DNA of 64,000 nucleotides from Clostridia bacterium (GTDB lineage: Bacteria > Bacillota > Clostridia > Oscillospirales > CAG-272): the NCBI GenBank assembly GCA_017501225.1, contig JAFVXH010000007.1:195147-259146 (forward strand), given 5' to 3'. The stretch's first letter is position 1. Each line of letters opens with the position of its first letter. Of the stretch, positions 59,576 to 64,000 are shown in pieces. A program made the translations under genes and the position numbers. A model generated the notes under the pieces. The model saw only the letters and a program-made list of their open reading frames with translations. It made no database searches and was not told the origin of the DNA.

Positions 59576-60280
59576 TCAGTTCTGCTTTTTTGCCGCTTCT
59601 CGGCAGCAGCTCAGGAAATTCTCAAAGAACTTGTGCTCGATGGGATCTCCTGTATGGAAGGATTGCTCGGGGTGCCACTCTGCGGCATAGATGTGCTTTT
59701 CTTTGCACTCGATCGCCTCGATGATGCCGTCCTCGGTGGAGGTCGCAACGACCTCGAAGCAGTCGGCAACCCGATCCAGCATCATGCCGTGATAGGTGTT
59801 GACGGTGGCACGCTCCTTGCCAAAGACGTCGTAAACGAAGGAGCCGGGAACAATATCGATCTCGTGATAGGAATCACGCTCCTTGGAGTGACTGCCGGGA
59901 ACGGGAACGTTGGTAAGCGTTCCGCCAAAGTAAACGTTGAGTGCCTGAAAACCGCCGCAAACACCGAAGATGGGCTTGCCGTGCTGCACGAAATATTCGA
60001 TCAGCTTGGCATCCAGCGCGTATTCGTCCACGCCGTCCGGATTCTCCTCTGCCTGTCCCCCGTAGTATGCGGGATTGATGTTGGTACCGCTGCCGGGAAT
60101 GATCAAGCCGTCGCAGCACTCACAAATGCGCTCAATGTCGTGCTCGGTCGTGATCGCGACAAGACCGACACCGTACTGCTTCGCCATATCAAGATAGTCC
60201 TGCATGATGAAATACCGCTTGCGCCAGGGGCTGTCCTCCGCGCCGATTTTACAAGCTCTGAGCGTGGTTGCAAGATTCAT
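59576..60280 (-). CDS. Peptidase C26 / PuuD-like class I glutamine amidotransferase
   Basis: PGSG, FGVCGGFQ nucleophile elbow, EWHPE. Confidence 0.85.
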   Translation of the reverse strand: MNLATTLRACKIGAEDSPWRKRYFIMQDYLDMAKQYGVGLVAITTEHDIERICECCDGLIIPGSGTNINPAYYGGQAEENPDGVDEYALDAKLIEYFVQHGKPIFGVCGGFQALNVYFGGTLTNVPVPGSHSKERDSYHEIDIVPGSFVYDVFGKERATVNTYHGMMLDRVADCFEVVATSTEDGIIEAIECKEKHIYAAEWHPEQSFHTGDPIEHKFFENFLSCCREAAKKQN

Positions 60281-60465
60281 AGTAGTCCCCTCACTTTTCT
60301 TGTTTTTCCCCGTTTGGAAACGGGCTTTGACACCTGTAAGTATAGCACCACGAACGGCGTTTGTCAACAGGAGGTGCACACGTATCGCAAAATTGTGCGA
60401 GAAAAAAGCAGGGCTGTGAAGATGCCCTGCTTTCTTGACATTCGATCCTTCTGTCAAAACGCGCA

Positions 60466-60756
60466 TTACCCCTTGATTTCAAACTCTCCAAGGATCGTGT
60501 TCTCGATGTACTCACCCTTGATCTCGCGCAGACGCGCCATATGGGGCTGCCCGATGTGGACCTCTTGATGCCTCTTGCTTTCCCATGCCTCGATCAGAAG
60601 CAGCTCGTTCTCGTCCGTCTCGGAAAAATAATAATCGTAGCGCAGGCATCCGTCCTCCGCACGGATCGCGGAAAGGATTCCCTCACCCTTTACCCGATCA
60701 ACAAAGGCTTCCCTCCTTTGCGGGATGCATCTGAATTGTACGTAGATCGTATACAT
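60466..60756 (-). CDS. ABM (antibiotic biosynthesis monooxygenase) domain protein
   Basis: RAEDGCLRYD, LIEAWES, H..QPHM. Confidence 0.85.
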   Translation of the reverse strand: MYTIYVQFRCIPQRREAFVDRVKGEGILSAIRAEDGCLRYDYYFSETDENELLLIEAWESKRHQEVHIGQPHMARLREIKGEYIENTILGEFEIKG

Positions 60757-60779
60757 ACTGTATTCTCCTTCGTAGAATT

Positions 60780-61220
60780 TTATTTCGTCGTAAGAGCCAG
60801 CAGCTCCTGAAATTCAGGCTTTTCAACCAAATCGAACGCCTGACATAGGCTTTCATGCGCAAATAATCCGGCGTGATGCTCCGCATAGAATCTCCCACAT
60901 TGACGAACGGTCAGGTATCCGCTCTCGCTGACAAACACGTTCAAGATCGACGATGCCTGACTTGCATGCAGATCGTTGATCAGGCGCGCCACCTGCGGTG
61001 TCAGCTCGATGTGATCATAGGCAATACGCAGCGAATACGTGTAGTCATTCAAAAAACGGAGAAATACAAAGAACTCTTCACCGCGCGTCTTGTGCTGCAG
61101 AGAGCATCTGACCTGAAAGGAGTGCACTCCGCACTCGTACTCAATTCCCCACGGCACCTCCACGCCCTTCAGCGCTTCCCTGACGGAAGCCTCGATTTCT
61201 TGCAGATTTGCTTTGTTCAT
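60780..61220 (-). CDS. Hypothetical protein (possibly YbjN-like fold)
   Basis: GGAGG RBS; 146 aa; fold call is weak inference. Confidence 0.55.
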   Translation of the reverse strand: MNKANLQEIEASVREALKGVEVPWGIEYECGVHSFQVRCSLQHKTRGEEFFVFLRFLNDYTYSLRIAYDHIELTPQVARLINDLHASQASSILNVFVSESGYLTVRQCGRFYAEHHAGLFAHESLCQAFDLVEKPEFQELLALTTK

Positions 61221-61308
61221 CAATTAAAATCCTCCACTCTTTTTTGTATCTTTGATAACATATTCTCACAGAAATATCAGGAAAAGCGCTCACTCCGACG
61301 GAGCGATA

Positions 61309-62736
61309 TCATCTTCCGTACAGCGCATTGAGCCGACGCAGACGCTGTCGGTCGATCGAATCGAGCTGCTCCCGTGTCACGCGGTACGCCCAGTTTCCGT
61401 CCGCCTTGCCCGGAGTGTTCAGGCGCGTGTCGCGCCCATAACCCAGCACGTCCTGAATGGGTAGCATCACAAGATCGGCGTGGCTTGCAAAAACGGTACG
61501 GATCATGCTTTTCCAGCCGTCCTTCCAGTCGCCCTGATGTCCGCAATAGTTCAATACGTATGCACGCGTCGCGTCGTCAAGCTCCCAAAGATAGCCGAGA
61601 AGCGTATTGTTGTCGTGCGTGCCCGTGTATGCCACGCAATGCGCGGGATAGTTGTGCGGACGGTGGATGCTGTCCCCCTCCGAGAGAAAGCCGAACTGGA
61701 ACACGCGCATGCCGGGAAGACCGCTGTTCTGCACCAATCGGTAGACCTCCGGGGTGATGTCACCCAGATCCTCGGCGATGATCTCCATCTCCCCTGCCGC
61801 CGCCTTCAGCGCTTTGACAAAGGGCAGTCCGGGACCCTTGCGCCATTTGCCCTCCTTGGCAGTTTGCGCATGGGCGGGAATCGCCCAGAAGGATTCCAAT
61901 CCTCGGAAATGGTCGATGCGAACGCAATCGAACATCGTGGACATATGACGGATCCTGTCGCACCACCAGCGATAGTCGTCCTGCCTCATGCGACGCCAAT
62001 CATAGAGAGGATTGCCCCAAAGCTGACCGTCCTCGCAGAAATAGTCGGGGGAAACGCCCGCGACAAAGGTGGGATATCCCTTTCGATCCAGCAGAAACTG
62101 CTCTTTGTTGCTCCAGACGTCCGAGCTATCGAGGGATACGTAGATCGGAATATCTCCGATGATCCGAATGCCGCGACGGTTGGCGTAGTCCTTGATCTCG
62201 CGCCATTGGCGGAAGAACTCAAACTGAATAAATTTCCACGCAAACAGCACGTCGCCATCCATCTCCTCGGTGGTCCATTCCTGCCAAGGGGCGCCGCCGT
62301 TGGCATCCTTGAGCGCCATAAAGCGGCAAAACTCCGTCAGATACGCAGAGCGCGCGATAAAATCCTCCACCTCTGCCCGATCCTTCACTCTCAGGGCTGC
62401 CTGCTTCAAAAGAGGAAGGCGCTCCCGTCCAAGGCGATCGAACTCACAAAGATAGGGCGACGTCTGCTCAGCTCCCGCCAATTCTTTGGCGGTGATCAGC
62501 CCTTGGTGAAACAGCGTTTCCAAATCGACAAAATAGGGATTTCCCGCAAACGAGGAATAGGACTTATAAGGTGAATTGTATTCGTCCGCCATGCAGAATG
62601 GCAGAACCTGCCAATAGGAAAATCCGCAATCGGCCAGCAGATCGACAAAGTACCTTGCCGACGCGCCAAAGCTCCCGACGGAATACTGCCCGTCAAGGGA
62701 GGATATATGCATCAAAACTCCGCTCTTGCGTTGCAT
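61309..62736 (-). CDS. malQ: 4-alpha-glucanotransferase (GH77)
   Basis: WQVLP, GDIPIYV, GQLWGNPLYDW, RIDHFRG, AEDLG, YTGTHDN. Confidence 0.96.
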   Translation of the reverse strand: MQRKSGVLMHISSLDGQYSVGSFGASARYFVDLLADCGFSYWQVLPFCMADEYNSPYKSYSSFAGNPYFVDLETLFHQGLITAKELAGAEQTSPYLCEFDRLGRERLPLLKQAALRVKDRAEVEDFIARSAYLTEFCRFMALKDANGGAPWQEWTTEEMDGDVLFAWKFIQFEFFRQWREIKDYANRRGIRIIGDIPIYVSLDSSDVWSNKEQFLLDRKGYPTFVAGVSPDYFCEDGQLWGNPLYDWRRMRQDDYRWWCDRIRHMSTMFDCVRIDHFRGLESFWAIPAHAQTAKEGKWRKGPGLPFVKALKAAAGEMEIIAEDLGDITPEVYRLVQNSGLPGMRVFQFGFLSEGDSIHRPHNYPAHCVAYTGTHDNNTLLGYLWELDDATRAYVLNYCGHQGDWKDGWKSMIRTVFASHADLVMLPIQDVLGYGRDTRLNTPGKADGNWAYRVTREQLDSIDRQRLRRLNALYGR

Positions 62737-62893
62737 CGTTTTCTCCTTTTATGTGTTAGCGTGGCACTGTAAATCCGACTTCACAGAGCCACCGATCTTG
62801 TCATCATTATAGCATAAAAGTTGCAGGTTGTAAAGAGCTTTCGTGATATGCCTTGCGTTACGGTGCTTGGTTCGAAGCCGCGGTGACGCGGCA

Positions 62894-62931
62894 AAAAAGC
62901 ACGGGGTAGCATTTGCTACCCCGTGCTTTTT
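62894..62931. terminator. Strong hairpin with A/T tails
   Basis: aaaaagcacggggtagc-attt-gctaccccgtgcttttt. Confidence 0.6.
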
Positions 62932-63058
62932 GTATAAGGGCTACGAAAAAGATATTTTTCGAGGGTTGCCACTAGGATTCGAACTCAAACGGGGGAATTC
63001 CAATCTTTAAATGACCGCGATAATTTTAGCTGTATTTTTTGCTACGATAATAAAAATA

Positions 63059-63087
63059 TTGACAAAATGCGTATGTTGTGGTATAAT
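63059..63087 (+). promoter_or_regulatory. Consensus sigA promoter
   Basis: TTGACA-N17-TATAAT with extended TG. Confidence 0.8.
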
Positions 63088-63091
63088 GAGA

Positions 63092-63295
63092 TTGCCAAAC
63101 TAATCGAATATTGCAAAGTAGGTATAATTTTCTTTATTGGGAGAAGTATACTCTTTTTCATCACGTAAAAGTTTGAATTTGATAAAATGCAAATTCCGGC
63201 TTTTGCGTGAGGTTATACCCATTTTGCAATTGATTAGTTTGGCGACTATCGGAGTTTGCGTTTTTGTGCGCTTACTTCGGTGGGCGCACTTTTTG
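63092..63295 (+). ncRNA. Candidate structured ncRNA / leader ending in an intrinsic terminator
   Basis: Nested stems 63092-63105/63232-63245, 63110-63117/63223-63230, 63121-63127/63213-63219, 63161-63171/63200-63210, 63175-63181/63190-63196; terminator gtgcgcttac-ttcg-gtgggcgcac-TTTTT. Confidence 0.55.
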
Positions 63296-63317
63296 TTTTT
63301 TGGGGGTAATGGGGTAA

Positions 63318-63737
63318 ATGAATATGCAATTTAATGTTGTTTTCGCAAGAGAAATATACAAAAAACTTTACGAATTAGAATATGAAAAAAATTCTTGTAT
63401 AGATGTAAAGAAAGAAGCAATATTGTTTACCAAAGCATTGCATATGCAGTTATATGGAGAGAAAATAATCTTTTGTGCAGACCAGGACTTTTTTGTCAGC
63501 AAATCTCCAACCGGATACGCTGTAGCAGGATATTTTATACAAGAAAATAATGTTAAAGTTCCGTTTACTGTTACCGTCAATAAAATTGATAACAATTGGA
63601 GCCCGTCATCAAGATATGTGTCGCCGGATACAAAATCTGTTTCGTATTCCATATGGATATGGATTCTGCTTATGGCGGGATGTTCATTGTTTGGATTAAT
63701 TTCGTATTTGATATTAAAAGCCAGCATCGGCTTTTGA
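63318..63737 (+). CDS. Hypothetical protein with C-terminal TM helix (AT-rich)
   Basis: 139-aa ORF; hydrophobic C-terminus. Confidence 0.6.
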   Translation: MNMQFNVVFAREIYKKLYELEYEKNSCIDVKKEAILFTKALHMQLYGEKIIFCADQDFFVSKSPTGYAVAGYFIQENNVKVPFTVTVNKIDNNWSPSSRYVSPDTKSVSYSIWIWILLMAGCSLFGLISYLILKASIGF

Positions 63738-63764
63738 TAAAATAAGATTTGGAGGAATAAAAAA

Positions 63765-64000
63765 ATGTTTTGTTCAAAATGTGGAAAGCAAATTCCAGAC
63801 GAGAGTGTTTTTTGCTCTTTTTGCGGTGCTCAATTAGCGGCATCTGCGCAGCAAACAACCACAACGCCAACAACCAAAGAGGGGTGGATGCTTCTGGCCA
63901 TTCAAGATGCTATTCGTGCAGGAATGAAAGATCCGGATAGTGCTAAGTTTGATGGTTTTGAAAATATCGAAATTGATGGATATGGTAGAACATATGCTGA
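63765..64000 (+). CDS. Zinc-ribbon domain protein (3' end outside window)
   Basis: GGAGG RBS; MFCSKCGKQIPDESVFCSFCG; frame open to window end; missing from the ORF track. Confidence 0.8.
   Translation, partial: MFCSKCGKQIPDESVFCSFCGAQLAASAQQTTTTPTTKEGWMLLAIQDAIRAGMKDPDSAKFDGFENIEIDGYGRTYA

Noticed and set aside
62855-62990. tRNA gene
   Set aside because: T-loop-like words are present but the T-stem, anticodon arm, acceptor stem and CCA cannot be formed

Overview
Chromosomal window from a high-GC, probably spore-forming Clostridia-class (Bacillota) bacterium. It carries mostly housekeeping genes (murC, spoVG, trxA, hprK, der, obgE, ppa, recG, rex, DnaD/DnaC-like loader pair, tsaD, rimI, hpt, ktrAB-type K+ uptake, class II aldolase, malQ), with AT-richer accessory DNA at both ends (1-~4.6 kb and >63 kb). 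The most notable features are: (1) a 14 kb, 7-gene minus-strand operon encoding an unusual glycan-import machine (a 1240-aa non-lipoprotein solute-binding protein, two permease pairs, an NHL/TPR/Yip1 membrane protein and a DUF5696-like protein with a ~300-aa helical insertion; no ATPase, recognisable hydrolase or regulator), preceded by a pair of near-identical palindromes 104 bp apart; (2) a dense DnaA-box cluster with no dnaA gene nearby, upstream of a rex-dnaD-dnaC-like operon; (3) a promoter / ~150-nt structured RNA / UUCG terminator unit at 63.06-63.30 kb that looks like an unannotated ncRNA or attenuator; (4) a DUF1538-type transporter broken by a single-base frameshift, next to a tandem PII protein; (5) a 10 x 18-bp intergenic tandem repeat. 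No CRISPR array, tRNA, rRNA, integrase or transposase was recognised. All family assignments come from motif recognition by eye; no database searches were run.
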